This document shows, piece by piece, positions 38,013-51,699 of a stretch of DNA of 64,000 nt. Within the stretch, counting starts at the first letter, position 1. Each line of letters starts with the position of its first letter. A program made the position numbers and the translations under genes. This DNA is from Octopus sinensis. Taxonomy: Eukaryota. A model generated the notes under the pieces. It was not told the DNA's origin, searched no databases, and saw only the letters and a program-made list of their open reading frames with translations. The DNA lies in NCBI RefSeq assembly GCF_006345805.1, contig NW_021835458.1, forward strand, positions 1 through 64,000, in the 5' to 3' direction.

Positions 38013-38437
38013 CTTTAGATGTGTGTATTGGTTATGCATTGCAAGAAACAGTGAGGTTTCTTTCTCTAACATTTTACGTTGTTCAACAAATTTGGAATTT
38101 TGAAAGAAATTTCTATGAAACTACCTTTTAAACATTGAATGGCTATGGGGATCCACCAGAGTAAAATAGTAATCAAAGGCGTCCACAGATGAAAAATGGT
38201 TGAGAACCCTTGCTTTAGATGGATGTATTGGTATGAATTGCAAAAAACAGCTGGGTTTCTTTCTCTAACATTTTATTTAATTCAACCTACAAAAGTTAGG
38301 GTGTGAAAAACAAAATCGGAATTTTGAAAGAAGTTTCTATAAAACTATTTTTTTAAATATTGAATGACTATGGTGGGGTCCACAAGAATAAAATAGTAAT
38401 CAAAGGGTTCCATAGATAAAAGATGGTTGAGAACCCC
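38013..38437. mobile_element. Two diverged tandem ~200-bp units, each ending in a hAT-like terminus
   Basis: Both units end in ATGGTTGAGAACCC(C)T (reverse complement AGGGGTTCTCAACC). Confidence 0.5.
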
Positions 38438-39059
38438 TAATCTTGAGGTAAACAGTTACAACACAATTAAGTACGATAAGTGACAGGACTGTGATTTGCT
38501 GTGTTTGAAAAAATTCCACTCAGTAGAAAACATACTTGCAAAAAATGGGGTTGTCAGATAAATTCGGGCAGTTTTTTCCTTTTTGTTTCGTTTTTGTTTT
38601 CTATTTGACACTTCATCGTCGTATATAGGACAAAAGATAATAAATTTTTTTGTTAATTCAAATAACAATGGATTATATTGGTATACACTGGATAAAAACG
38701 GATTCTCGGATTCACGACTTTGCGGATTTTTAAAATATAAAAATATGAACGCTTAAAATTTTTCATTAAATCTATTAAAATATTAATAATAAATATTTCC
38801 TGGTGTATGAACAACAAAACAAGCGTAAAATAGCAAAAAAGCATATACAGGGGTATTTGAACTTAAGACGGGCTGTGATTGGTGCAATGTAGAGTGACGA
38901 CGAATCACAGCTTTCTATTTTGTAATCTGGCCTGTGTAACAGTAACAATCTTTATTTTTTTTAAATCTAAAGTGTTATTGCTTAACAGTTGTCCTTGTTA
39001 ATAATAGACAACTGCAATGGGTGGGTTGTTAACAGTACAGGGAGGGTTTTAAAAGTCGA

Positions 39060-39166
39060 AATACACGTTAAATAAACACTGTAAATATGATGTCCCTACT
39101 TCGCGGAAATTCAGTCATCGCGGCCAGTCTCGGAACCAATCTACCGCGATAAACGAGCGATCACTG
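39060..39166 (+). mobile_element. Tigger/pogo-like 3' terminus
   Basis: CCCTACTTCGCGG...CCGCGATAAACGAGCGATCACTG|TA. Confidence 0.45.
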
Positions 39167-39639
39167 TAATTTACCTAACAATGCAATAGAACAGCGCCTT
39201 GTGTAAAGAAAACATCGTTTCATCAGTTGTTTGACAGGCCAGGATGGAAGATATTCAATGTTGTGTTGAAGACTTTGCTGTATTATTGCTACAAGGTCAG
39301 AAAACGTGATTATGATCTCTTCTGTGCACAAAAGGCTGTGTATCTTGCCATGAAATGCGGGATCAACAAACCGTAATTCAGAACTGATCCAACCACCTGT
39401 GCTCAAATGTATTCCAACCGTGACAATATCATCCAATTCAAGGAAAAAGACATCGAGAAATATATTAACGGACTACATTGTCTAAATTGTAATTGCATTT
39501 TAAGGCAATAATGTGTGACAGATTGATGTGAATCAGGAGTCTTCTAATCTGTGACTTATCTTTTGCTCAGGCACAATGCAACGCTAATAGAACAGACTGA
39601 TGGTTTAAAAAATGTGAAGTTAACTTATCGCGTCATAAT

Positions 39640-39865
39640 AGACTCATAAGGGCCGGTTTCCCGATTCTACAGCGTATATATTTCCCACCTGGATTGGACG
39701 CCAGTCCGTCGCAGGATTACTCATTTTTGCCAGCTCAGTGGACTGGAACAATATGAAATAAAACGTTTTGCTCAAGAACACAAAGCGTCACCCGGTTCAA
39801 GAATCGAAACCACAATTTTACGATCATGAGTCCCGCACACTAACCACTAAGTCACGCGCCTCCAC
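39640..39865 (-). mobile_element. SINE family E (tRNA-like head, CORE-like and GCGATGGACTGGCGTCC motif)
   Basis: Reverse complement of 52299-52545. Confidence 0.8.
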
Positions 39866-39982
39866 AACAGACCTATGATCAAATGCAATGTAGATGTGAC
39901 TGCTCTGACTCTCTTAAAGAAAATTAGAACTAAGTTACCTTATGCATGCATTTCATTTCGAAGACGGTAATATGAACTTTGA

Positions 39983-40216
39983 GAGGTGGCGAGCTGGTAG
40001 AAACGTTAGCACGCAGGGTGAAATGCGTAGCCGTATTTCATCTGCCGTTACGTTCTGAGTTCAAATTCCGCCGAGGTCGACTTTGCCTTTCATACTTTCG
40101 TGGTCGTTAAATTAAGTACCAGTTACGCACAGGGGTCGATGTAGTCGACTTAATACCTATGTCTGTCCTTGTTTGTCCCCTCTATTTTAGCCCATTGTGG
40201 GTAATAAAGAAATAGA
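39983..40216 (+). mobile_element. SINE family B monomer
   Basis: Head GGTGGCGAGCTGGTAGAAACG + one unit. Confidence 0.85.
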
Positions 40217-41754
40217 TAGTATGGACTTTGAGAAAAAATTTTTTCAAGTAGGTCGAGTGAACATGTAAACACATACAGACACCCACGTTGATGGGTGATG
40301 CGTTATAGCGTGGTGATGATTCAGGGTGTGTTTTGTTTCATGGTCTTAACGACAGTGTGATAAACAGGATATAGCACAATATATGCATATACGGGATTTT
40401 GGTGATATACTGCATTATAACAAATGTTGCAGCAACTGTATGCAGTTGATATGTTCCTTTCTTCGGTTGAACAAGCGGAGAAATATTGTTCATTGTATTT
40501 CAGCAGATTTTTGAGGTTATTTCTTTTATATTTTCATGTTTCTATTTTATCTTTTTCCCCTTTGAATTTTCTTATTCGCTATGACTTATTTCTTACCTTT
40601 CCGCCATTTTCTTACTTGCTTACTTTTCTTAGCTTTTACTTCTGCTACGTCTACTCTTTATCTGTTTTTTGCATTCCTTCACCAACACCAATATGTGCGT
40701 GTGTGCACCTAAGTATATATATATATAATATATATAAAGATATATATATATATATATATGTATAATGTATGTATGTACGTACTTATGTATTTGTATGTAT
40801 ATATATATATATGTACGTACTTCTGTATTTGCATGTATATATGTATGTACGTACTTTTGTATTTGTATGTATATATGTACGTACGTATATATGTCTGTAT
40901 GTGTGTGTGTAGGGTGTACTTTTTCTTTTCGGATTTAATTTTCTCTTTTAGTTTCTTTGTTTCTTTTTAACTTTCTTCTCTTCCATTTTATTGATTTTTA
41001 TTTCTTTATCCATTTTTCTTTTATTTCCTGCAATTTACATCCAAATAATTTTTTCTACTGATCCGTGTTAAACAAATCAATTCATATTTTATGAGATGTT
41101 TTATAGTCATCGGCCTATTCTAAATTAAAAGAACCAACATACCGACGAGAATTTACATATAATCAATAAAATATGTCGTCGCATGCAATAGCGGTTAGTT
41201 TCCGGTTTAATGACTGACACCTTCCAACTCCACTTCCGGAAAGAAAAGGAAATTACTTTATGCTTCAGTCTACAATGAAATATATTCAAAATGAGTTTCT
41301 TCCGCAAGGAATTAGAATTGAATGTATCGTATTCTTTTGAGCATTTACATGCTTTTCTCTCGGTTTGGGGTTTAAGCCCATTATTGCCAATGTTGAACTT
41401 CAAAGTTAAATCGTTTTCTTCGTTACAATGTTCCAAGATAGAGAAATCAATACAGTATCAGGTTCCCAATGAAGATCGTTCAAGGATTCGTGCCTGCCTC
41501 TTGTATTAACTGTATTGACAAAGGAAGTATTTAACTGTTGGTAGTTAGCCTGATCATACATATACAGCATGGGGTAGATGAAGCTTATTACTATAAACTG
41601 TGGGAGAACCGAATAACAATGGAATTACTTATTAACGTCCTATACTGATTTTAATTTCCCCCTTTATACTAGCAGACTGTAGCCTTGAATCACGCTATAT
41701 TGAATCAGTTATTTGATTTTACTTTGGCTTGTATTCATTAGATAAAGGCGAGCT

Positions 41755-42140
41755 GTGTGGGAAGCACTCCATCGGTTACGATGACGAGGGTTCCGGTTGA
41801 TCCGATCAACGGAACAGCCTGCTCGTGAAATTAACGTGCAAGTGGCTGAGCACTCCACAGACACGTGTACCCTTAACGTAGTTCTCGGGGATATTCAGCG
41901 TGACACAGAGAGTGACAAGGCTGGCCCTTTGAAATACAGTACAACAGAAACAGGAAGTAAGAGTGAGAGAAAGTTGTGGTGAAAGAGTACAGCAGGGATC
42001 ACCACCATCCCTGCCGGAGACTCGTGGAGCTTTAGGTGTTTTCGCTCAATAAACACTCACAACGCCCGGTCTGGGAATCGAAACCGCGATCCTACGACCG
42101 CGAGTCCGCTGCCCTAACCACTGGGCCATTGCGCATCCAC
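41755..42140 (-). mobile_element. SINE family C, full length
   Basis: tRNA-like head at 42140. 3' end CCGTTGATCGGATCAACCGGAACCCTCG also seen at 49870-49980. Confidence 0.85.
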
Positions 42141-42507
42141 TCAAAGGCGCACTAACATGCTAATATAATGCTAGCGAGTAATTCCAGGACTTCCGTGTTT
42201 TTGATCAACTTAGTAAGACACATTTAATCCAGTCTGAAAGTTATAAACTCACAGCTGGTGGTTTTTAAATAACAAAAGAAAGGCAGATTTCACTTTATAT
42301 CCTATCAAATGCCTCATCAGAAATGCTTCACAGCGTTACAGGAAGAGGCACTTAAACATATATCAGTCTATATTTTACATCAACAAGCTATATACGTCAC
42401 TCGGCACGCTGCTTCATGAAGGTCACTGCTAGCTCTCATTGCGCACGCGACATTGCACTGCCATGTGTTGGCGCGCTATAGAACTAGTCTGGGAACGTTT
42501 TGATACC

Positions 42508-42738
42508 TATTTCTTTACTACCCACAAGCGGCTAAACACAGAGGGGACAAACAAGGACAGATACACGGATTAAGTCAATTACATCGACGCCATTGCGTAA
42601 CTGGTACTTATTTAATCGACCCCGAAAGGATGAAAGGCAAAGTTGACCTCAGCGGAATTTGAACTCAGAACGTAGCGGCGGACAAAATACCACAAAGTAT
42701 TTCGCCCGGCGTGCTAACGTCTCTGCCAGCTCACCGCC
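42508..42738 (-). mobile_element. SINE family B monomer
   Basis: TSD TTGATACC on both sides. Confidence 0.85.
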
Positions 42739-43056
42739 TTGATACCACGTATCAGTGACACCTTGCCGTGTAGGATATAGATTAAGGAATAGTAAATATG
42801 ACATTAGATTATTTCTCCAGGAAATATAAAAAGAATAAGATACCGTTTTGATACCACGTAGTACATAATAACTGACTGGTGTTTCGCCACTTTACAGAAC
42901 TCAACTATAACTCTGACTCAAAGTTAAAAGAAAATGCGACAAAGCAGAAATGATTATTTTTACAATGACTGTTCGTATCATCTAAGGGGTAAATTTAATT
43001 ACAATATATACAACTTGTAGATCATATATAAAAATGTTTACATTATATGTTTATAT

Positions 43057-43221
43057 GGCGTAGGAGTGGCTGTGTGGTAAATAGCTTGCTTACCAACCAC
43101 ATGGTTCCGGGTTCAGTCCCAGTGCGTGGCATTTTGGTTAAGTGTCTTCTACTATAGCCTCGGGCCGACCAAAGCCTTGTGAGTGGATTTGATAGATGCA
43201 AACTGAAAGAAGCCTGTCGTG

Positions 43222-43283
<62 letters not shown>

Positions 43284-43470
43284 TGTGTCTGTGTTTGTCA
43301 TCGCTTGACAACAGATGTTGGTGTGTTTACGTCCTTGTAACTTAGCGGTTTGGCCAAAGAGACCGATAGAATAAGTACTAGGCTTACAAAGAATAAGTCC
43401 TGGGGTTAATTTGCTCGACTAAAAGGCGGTGCTCCAGCATGGCCACAGTCGAATGACTGAAACAAGTAAA
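43057..43470 (+). mobile_element. SINE family A, full length, diverged
   Basis: Same head, body and tail. Confidence 0.85.
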
Positions 43471-43519
43471 GGAGGAAAAGTGTACTAACATCGGTTTCAA
43501 ATCTTGACACAAAATAAGT

Positions 43520-43822
43520 AATTACAGAGAAAGGGTTTAATCGATTGCTCAGCTGGCTAAGCATTTTGCCCTGCGTGCTAACGATTCTGCCAGCTCGCCT
43601 CCTTATCTTGGAATATAATATTGGTTTCACATTTCGATTACAAAGCCAGCAAGTTCAAGTAAGGGGTCGGTTGACTACTCAACTGGTACTTATTTTATTG
43701 ACCCCTGAAAGAATGAAAGGCAAAGTCGACGTCGGCAGAATTTGAACTCAGAACTTACTGAAGGACCAAATGCCGCTAAGCGTTATATCCTGTGCGCTAG
43801 CGGTTCAGCCAACTCGCCGCCT
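43520..43822 (-). mobile_element. Degenerate SINE family B-related copies
   Basis: Two heads (43557-43603, 43790-43822) and a GAAAGGCAAAGTCGAC core. Confidence 0.65.
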
Positions 43823-44614
43823 TAAAGCCTACTTTAGTACAAGCTTTAAATTTTGACACAAGGTCACCCAGTTTAAGAGAAGGGGTAACTTGACGAAGAG
43901 AGATATTGCACCTGAATAGTAAAAACCTGATCCAACTAATAGGACAACTACTACAGGCCCGTTTGACATGCTAAAAATAGCAGCCGGATCATTCATTAAG
44001 CGAACCCGACCGTCGTAAAGCATGAAGGCTATATTCAGGAATGAAAACCCTGCCGTACAAAAGAGCAGATTCCTCATAACCCGAACCTTTTGGCTTCTAA
44101 ATCTCCTTAGGGCTGACTTTGAGCGAATCTACGGCTTTGCCAACCATTTCTAGCTGGCTACTGTAGCAGCAGGTATACAGTAACAGTAACACCATAACGA
44201 AGATTACCAGTGACACCTTGCCGTGTAGGATATAGATTAAGGAACAGTAAATATGACATTAGATTATTTCTCCAGGAAATATAAAAAGTGTAAGATATCG
44301 GCGCCCGGTGAGCATTTCAAGAATTCATATTCGATAAAAGCAATATGGCGTAGATTTCTAAAGAGGGCGAGAGAGGAACAAAATTTCATATTGTATGATG
44401 AGTGTCTCCGTTTCCTATTTAGTCAGTATGGCCTGCAACCTCATTGAGAGTCAATAAAACCAGTTACGACTAGATGATGGATTAAGTTAATAGATTAAAT
44501 ATTCTTCTTTCATAGTAGAAGTAACGTGTACACATTCATAAATAAAATCGATACGAAATATGCGTGTTTACATATAAGTGTATATAAAGGTATATAAGTA
44601 TATATATATATGTG

Positions 44615-44656
<42 letters not shown>

Positions 44657-44695
44657 TATAGATAGATAGATGGATGCATATCTATATACATGTAT

Positions 44696-44744
<49 letters not shown>

Positions 44745-44990
44745 ATATATGCGCACGCACATACATAAATACATACATATAGATAGATATAAATATGCAA
44801 ATGTGTGTGTGTGAATATACATACCTGTATATATATAATGTGTGGTGTGTGTGTGTGTGTGTGTGTGTATGCATGTACACACATGCATTCACACACATAC
44901 AGATATACATACACACAAACATACATACGTCCATACATACGCAAATACATACACTCATAAATACATATGTATTCACACATACACACATAA

Positions 44991-45022
<32 letters not shown>

Positions 45023-45439
45023 CTATAATATATATATATATATATATATTGTATATAACTTACATAAACACATACACACAATTCGTTACAGGGGGAACAC
45101 AGATTACAATCTTCAAATATTCAGCGGCTGGAAATAATATTATGTCAGCCAATTTTGGTTGGAATTTATTGATTTCAGAATATGAAGAGTACAACGAAAT
45201 ATCATTTGGATTTAATAGAAACATATCCTCAAAGAAATTACTTAATTATCGAATGAAACAATATCAGTATGATAGGTCAGATATTTGTTCTCCAACACCG
45301 GACAAGATAAAAGCCAACCAAACGTTACATCAAAATGAAGTAATCTCCTAATACGCCTTCGGTTTAACTTAAAACATCTACGTTTATTTCCCTTGGTTTG
45401 GGATGAGGGGGTTGGAAAGAATTTATTTCATTCTCCAAG

Positions 45440-47135
45440 GAGCGTGGCCTGATGTATAGAGCGTGGTCTGATGTATAGAGCGTGGCCTGATGTATAGAGC
45501 GTGGCCTGATGTAGAGAGCGTGGCCTGGTGTATAGAGCGTGGCCTGATGTATAGAGCGTGGTCGGATGTATAGAGCGTGGTCGGATGTATAGAGCGTGGT
45601 CTGATGTATAGAGCGTGGCCTGATGTATAGATCGTGGTCTGATGTATAGAGCGTGGTCGGATGTATAGAGTGTGGCCTGATGTATAGAGCGTGGCCTGAT
45701 GTATAGAGCGTGGTCTGATGTATAGAGCGTGGCCTGATGTATAGAGCGTGGTCTGATGTATAGAGCGTGGCCTGATGTATAGAGCGTGGTCTGATGTATA
45801 GAGCGTGGCCTGATGTATAGAGCGTGGTCTGATGTATAGAGGGCGGTCTGATGTATAGAGCGTGGCCTGATGTATAGAGCGTGGCCTGATGTATAGAGCG
45901 TGGCCTGATGTATAGAGTGTGGCCTGATGTATAGAGCGTGGCCTGATGTAGAGAGCGTGGCCTGGTGTATAGAGCGTGGCCTGATGTATAGAGCGTGGTC
46001 GGATGTATAGAGCGTGGTCGGATGTATAGAGCGTGGTCTGATGTATAGAGCGTGGCCTGATGTATAGATCGTGGCCTGATGTATAGAGTGTGGCCTGATG
46101 TATAGAGCGTGGTCTGATGTATAGAGTGTGGCCTGATGTATAGAGCGTGGCCTGATGTAGAGAGCGTGGCCTGGTGTATAGAGCGTGGTCGGATGTATAG
46201 AGCGTGGTCGGATGTATAGAGCGTGGTCTGATGTATAGAGCGTGGCCTGATGTATAGATCGTGGTCTGATGTATAGAGCGTGGTCGGATGTATAGAGTGT
46301 GGCCTGATGTATAGAGCGTGGCCTGATGTATAGAGCGTGGTCTGATGTATAGAGCGTGGTCTGATGTATAGAGCGTGGTCTGATGTATAGAGCGTGGCCT
46401 GATGTATAGAGCGTGGTCTGATGTATAGAGCGTGGCCTGATGTATAGAGCGTGGTCTGATGTATAGAGCGCGGTCTGATGTATAGAGCGTGGCCTGATGT
46501 ATAGAGCGTGGCCTGATGTATAGAGCGTGGCCTGATGTATAGAGCGTGGTCGGATGTATAGAGCGTGGTCTGATGTATAGAGTGTGGCCTGATGTATAGA
46601 GCGTGGCCTGATGTATAGAGCGTGATCTGATGTATAGAGCGTGGCCTAATGTATAGAGCGTGGCCTGATGTATAGAGCGTGGCTTGATGTATAGAGCGTG
46701 GCCTGATCTATAGAGCGTGGCCTGATCTATAGAGCGTGGCCTGATGTATAGAGCGTGGTCTAATGTATAGAGCGTGGCCTGATGTATAGAGCGTGGCCTG
46801 ATGTATAGAGCGTGGTCTGATGTATAGAGCGTGGTCTGATGTATAGAGCGTGATCGGATGTATAGAGCGTGGTCTGATGTATAGAGCGTGGTCTGATGTA
46901 TAGAGCGTGGTCGGATGTATAGAACGTGACCTGATGTATAGAGCGTGGTCTGATGTATAGAGCGTGGTCTGATGTATAGAGCGTGGCCTGATGTATAGAG
47001 CGTGGCCTGATGTATAGAGCGTGGCCTGATGTATAGAGCGTGGCCTGATGTATAGAGCGTGGCCTGACGTATAGAGCGTGGCCTGACGTATAGAGCGTGG
47101 CCTGACGTATAGAGCGTGGCTTGATGTATAGAGCG
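45440..47135 (+). repeat. Minisatellite, 20-bp unit GAGCGTGG(C/T)CTGATGTATA x ~85
   Basis: Direct reading, 1696 bp. Confidence 0.97.
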
Positions 47136-47340
47136 TTGCCTTCACGATAGTAAGGTCGCAGTTTATATTACGAAGACTGGTAGAAAGTTGTGTTCTTGAG
47201 CAAAACAACTCATTTCACATTGCTACAGTAGACTCAGCTGTGAATGGTGAAACCATCCACAGGTTGGCATTCCATTCAGAAGGAATATTTGCCTTTTACC
47301 TGCATGCCTGGATACCTGTCTGCCTGCTTCCCTAGTTAGT
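47116..47340 (+). mobile_element. SINE family E-like copy whose 5' end is the minisatellite
   Basis: GTTGTGTTCTTGAGCAAAACAACTCATTTCACATTGCTACAGTAGACTCAG aligns to 52379-52430. Confidence 0.75.
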
Positions 47341-47366
47341 ATATATATATATATATATTATATATA

Positions 47367-47403
<37 letters not shown>

Positions 47404-47931
47404 AGCAACAGAATGATTCGGTAGTTTGGTATATAAATTGACTGAAGAGTCCTAAGTATTTTAAATCTGCTGTAATATTACAGCTTTTAATAAAATGTTG
47501 TAGTATGAAACAATTGTACCAAATTACCGGAGTCATTCTTGTTGCTTTTTTTGATTATAATCACCCCGCAAATTTTTATGGGTAACACCATACAAAATTC
47601 TGGTGCATCTAAATAAGTACCATATTCATTTGAATCTAAATTGTTGCTGATGTATATATATATAATTATATATATATATATATTATATATATATATATAT
47701 GTGGTGTGTGTGGTGTGTGGTGTGTGTGTGTGTGTGTGTGTGAGTGTGAGTGTGTGGAGAGAGAGTCACACAGAAGAGAGAGACAATATATATATATATA
47801 TATGTGGTGTGTGTGTGTGTATAATATATATATGCATGTACACACATGCATTCACACACATACAGATATACATACATACAAACATACATACGTGCATACA
47901 TAAACAAATACATAATATTATATATATATAT

Positions 47932-47963
<32 letters not shown>

Positions 47964-48424
47964 GTACACACACACTCACAAAAGCACACATGCACACACA
48001 CCACGCACATACATATACATAGACACGCATACATACATGTTACGCGTGGCTAATTAGATTAATTATACCGATTTAATTACCGCTTTATTTTATACTTTTT
48101 TCACATAAAACAAAGTTTAATGAAAACAACTTAATTACCAATTTAAAATTATAATTAATTAAACTGATTTACATACCGTTTTATTGTATACCATATAGAC
48201 GTAAGATATAATTAATTAAGGTGTATTAATTAGTGTATTGTAGTGTATTTTGTAAGCATTGATTACATACATCGTGATGGCGAAGATCCATTAAATTGAC
48301 GTAATTAACTTTTGGTCGTACATTTTATTTTCATTCTCTACAGGGCAACTCATCTTTTGTGTCAGCTCCAAAACCTTTACATAAAACAAAGCATACAATC
48401 TGCACATGCACTGGCTCTAAATAC

Positions 48425-48472
<48 letters not shown>

Positions 48473-48520
48473 CTGTATATATATATATTATATATATATA
48501 TATAATATATATATAAATAC

Positions 48521-48589
<69 letters not shown>

Positions 48590-48827
48590 AAGGGGTTTGT
48601 GTGATTGTGTATAGAGGGATATATTATTCAAGGAATTCCAGCTCTGTCTGGTTTTTATGTTTTGTTTATATTCTTTATAATATAATGTTGAATATAGAAT
48701 ATATAGTAAAATGAAATAAAGTATTGATTGTATTATTGAATAGATGAAATATTGAATATAACATATTAAGGGACTAGTATACTTTCTTGCATTTAAGCTG
48801 TCTTCAAGGTCCCAGGTTGTGTGTGTG

Positions 48828-48862
<35 letters not shown>

Positions 48863-49099
48863 CATAGATGCAAAATACCTTGTTGATGTCTTTGGCTACT
48901 TTCTAGAAATCTAGAAATAAAACAGAATAATGATATACATACATATGTACATACATGCATACATACATATGCACATACATGTATACATACATACACACAC
49001 ATACATACATGCACGCATATATACATACATACATACATACAGAGAAAATTTGGACCTCGGAACTCTCTTCATTCAATAAAAAAATGACCAACAATGTTT

Positions 49100-49850
49100 T
49101 TGCAGTGCAGCACACATACCAAAATTTGGCTTCTTGATTGGACGCTTGATGGTATCCCATCCATTGTTGCGAAAACCCGGAAGATACTAACCAACACACA
49201 TAATTTCCCCATCAACAGTGGCGTAGACCACCTCTACCTAAAGCGAAAACTAGGCGTCAGAGGCTCAATATCGACCTTTGAATATCGTATCATATCCGTT
49301 CGGCAGCATCTGTTAACCATCAAGAGTATCCCTTCAACAAGATTTCCTACGTGCACTGATAACATTCCATGTTTCATAACCTTAAATACAGACGCATGAC
49401 TGCAACATGTCATCAGATGAAAGGATAAGCGTGTATGTCAGCAGAAAGCTCTGGGATTATAGTAACATTGATCATCAAAGCAATCTATCATTTAGACAAA
49501 CAGTCGGTGTACTGACTTCCACTTTGAAGGGTGTGCGTTTGCAATCCACGAACAGGAAATATCAACCCAATACCTGATGCACAAAAGGGACAAAGACGCT
49601 GGAAAAGGAGTAGAGTGTGATAACCGATGCAGGTTTTGTGGAATCAACACCGAAGATATCGCCCACATCATAAGCAATTGTCCGAAGATATGATGTTGTA
49701 ACTAGAACACTGTTTAACGAAACGCGTCGAAAGCGTAACTCCGGGGAAAAAAGAAATAAGAACCCACAGTATGGTAGAAGCCATAACCACTCGCAATAAA
49801 AAGGAGTATTCATGGAATGTCCCAGTGAAAACCTCAATGACTCTGTGTCT
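49100..49850 (+). pseudogene. R4/Dong-like (RLE-type) LINE remnant: post-RT region and CCHC zinc knuckle
   Basis: KTRKILTNTHNFPINSGVDHLYLKRKLGVRG; EGCAFAIHEQEISTQY; NRCRFCGINTEDIAHIISNCPK; KKEYSWNVPVKT. Confidence 0.7.
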
Positions 49851-49869
49851 TCCTGAGAACTGCATTAAG

Positions 49870-49980
49870 TGTAGACGTGTCCGTGGTGTACTCAGCCACA
49901 TGCGCGTTAATTACACGAGCGGGTTGTTCCGTTGATCGGATCAACGGGAGCCCGCGTCGTCGTAAACGACGGAGCGTCAA
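49870..49980 (+). mobile_element. SINE family C 3' fragment
   Basis: GTTCCGTTGATCGGATCAACGG motif. Confidence 0.65.
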
Positions 49981-50100
49981 TATGCATGTATTTGTATTTG
50001 CGTGAGTGTGTGAATTGTGTGTGTGTATATTTCTCTGCGTGCTTGAGCATATGTGCGCCTGTGTGTTTATAAATTCATGTGTTCTTGTAAAAAGACTATT

Positions 50101-50340
50101 CTTTACTCTTTTACTCTCTTTTTACTCTTTTACTAGTTTCAGTCATTTGACTGCGGCCATGCTGGAGCACCGCCTTTAGTCGAGCAAACGACACCAGGAC
50201 TTATTCTTTGTAAGCCTAGTACTTATTCTATCGGTCTCTTTTGCCGAACCGCTAAGTTACGGGAACGTAAACACACCAGCATCTGTTGTCAAGCGATACT
50301 GGGGGAACAAACACGGACACACAAACACATATACACATAC

Positions 50341-50371
<31 letters not shown>

Positions 50372-50535
50372 CGACGAGCTTCTTTCAGTTTCCATCTACC
50401 AAATCTACTCACAAGTCTTTGGTCGGCCCGAGGCTATATTAGAAGACACTTGCCCAAGGTGCCACGCGTTGGGACTGAACCCGGAACTATGTGGTTGGTA
50501 AGCAAGCTAATTACCACACAGCCACTCCTGCGCCT
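50101..50535 (-). mobile_element. SINE family A, full length
   Basis: Reverse complement of head through tail. Confidence 0.9.
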
Positions 50536-51699
50536 ATAACACTAGACTACCTACTATCTAACACTAGAAATTTTCTGCAACCTGCTGCAGTAATTTTGGT
50601 TAACATTTTCATCATCACTGGAATTTTTGAGCACCATACCAGTCTAATTAAATTTTCAGTCGAAATTCCAGCTGAAGAACATTCCTGAATGGCGGTATTG
50701 CATTGCAGCTGGAATGAGCACGCAATTGAGGTACAAGAATAATGCATCTTCCCCCGCTAAGAGAAAATTTATTGAATTGCTATCAAACGTTTGAATGGAG
50801 AGAAATTTCATTAATAACTTCTAGAATTATTTCATAGACGATCTTTAGGAATTTAAGCGACACACCTCTGCACACTGTATATCCAGAATATGGCGTCAAT
50901 CAAAAGGATTGTATGGCTTTACTGAAAAGAATTAGTGATCCGGTTAAATTCTTTTCTTTGGTGAATCGCTATGACATCTAAAATATGTGCTTCACTCTAA
51001 TACTGACGAAGTGCGCTAAGCTAACACAGAATATTAGTTACACATACACCATAGGCTGGCTAATACACGTATACGCATACATGTATGTATATAATTACGC
51101 GTTGTTAAATACATATGTGATTCGTGGAGAGCTTCATTTTGTAACTAACTGCCTTCATGGCTGTCTTGAGAATTGAGAAGCTGTTATTTGCAAAACTAAA
51201 AATGACAAGCTGATTAGTATATCAGAAGATCATAAGTGGAACTGTGAATATATGTAAAACATGCTGAAAGCTTAACCTATTATGATTTCACATAAATACA
51301 CACAGACGCATGTACATGTCAAAGCACAGACTTATGTCAAAGTACAGAATTTCACCCACGTATTTATGTTTGCAAATATGCGTAGACAGGCTAAAGTATG
51401 AGAGTTTGGGTTAAAACAATTACGTGCTTTAGAGTGTAACCCCTCTGCATGGCTTTGCACGGGTGCGTGCGTCAGGGTGTCCAATGTCTTTGGTCTGAAT
51501 ATCGTAGGCGGAAACAGTCCGGAAGCCCGTCGTGGGTATTTATTCCTTTATCTTGTATTTGTTTCTGGCATTAGACTGTAGCCATGCTGGAGCACTGCCT
51601 TGAAGAACTTTTGGTAGAATAAACCAAGCCCAGTGCTTATTAAATCTGGCACATATTCTATGGTCCTGTTCCGCCCAACCTCAAAAAGCTACAAACTCC

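Noticed and set aside
39161-39436. 91-aa non-repetitive ORF
   Set aside because: No recognisable domain. It abuts a Tigger-like end and is probably decayed transposon sequence.
46708-47208. 166-aa ORF with TLYTSGHALYIRPRSIHQA repeats
   Set aside because: Reverse reading of the 20-bp minisatellite.
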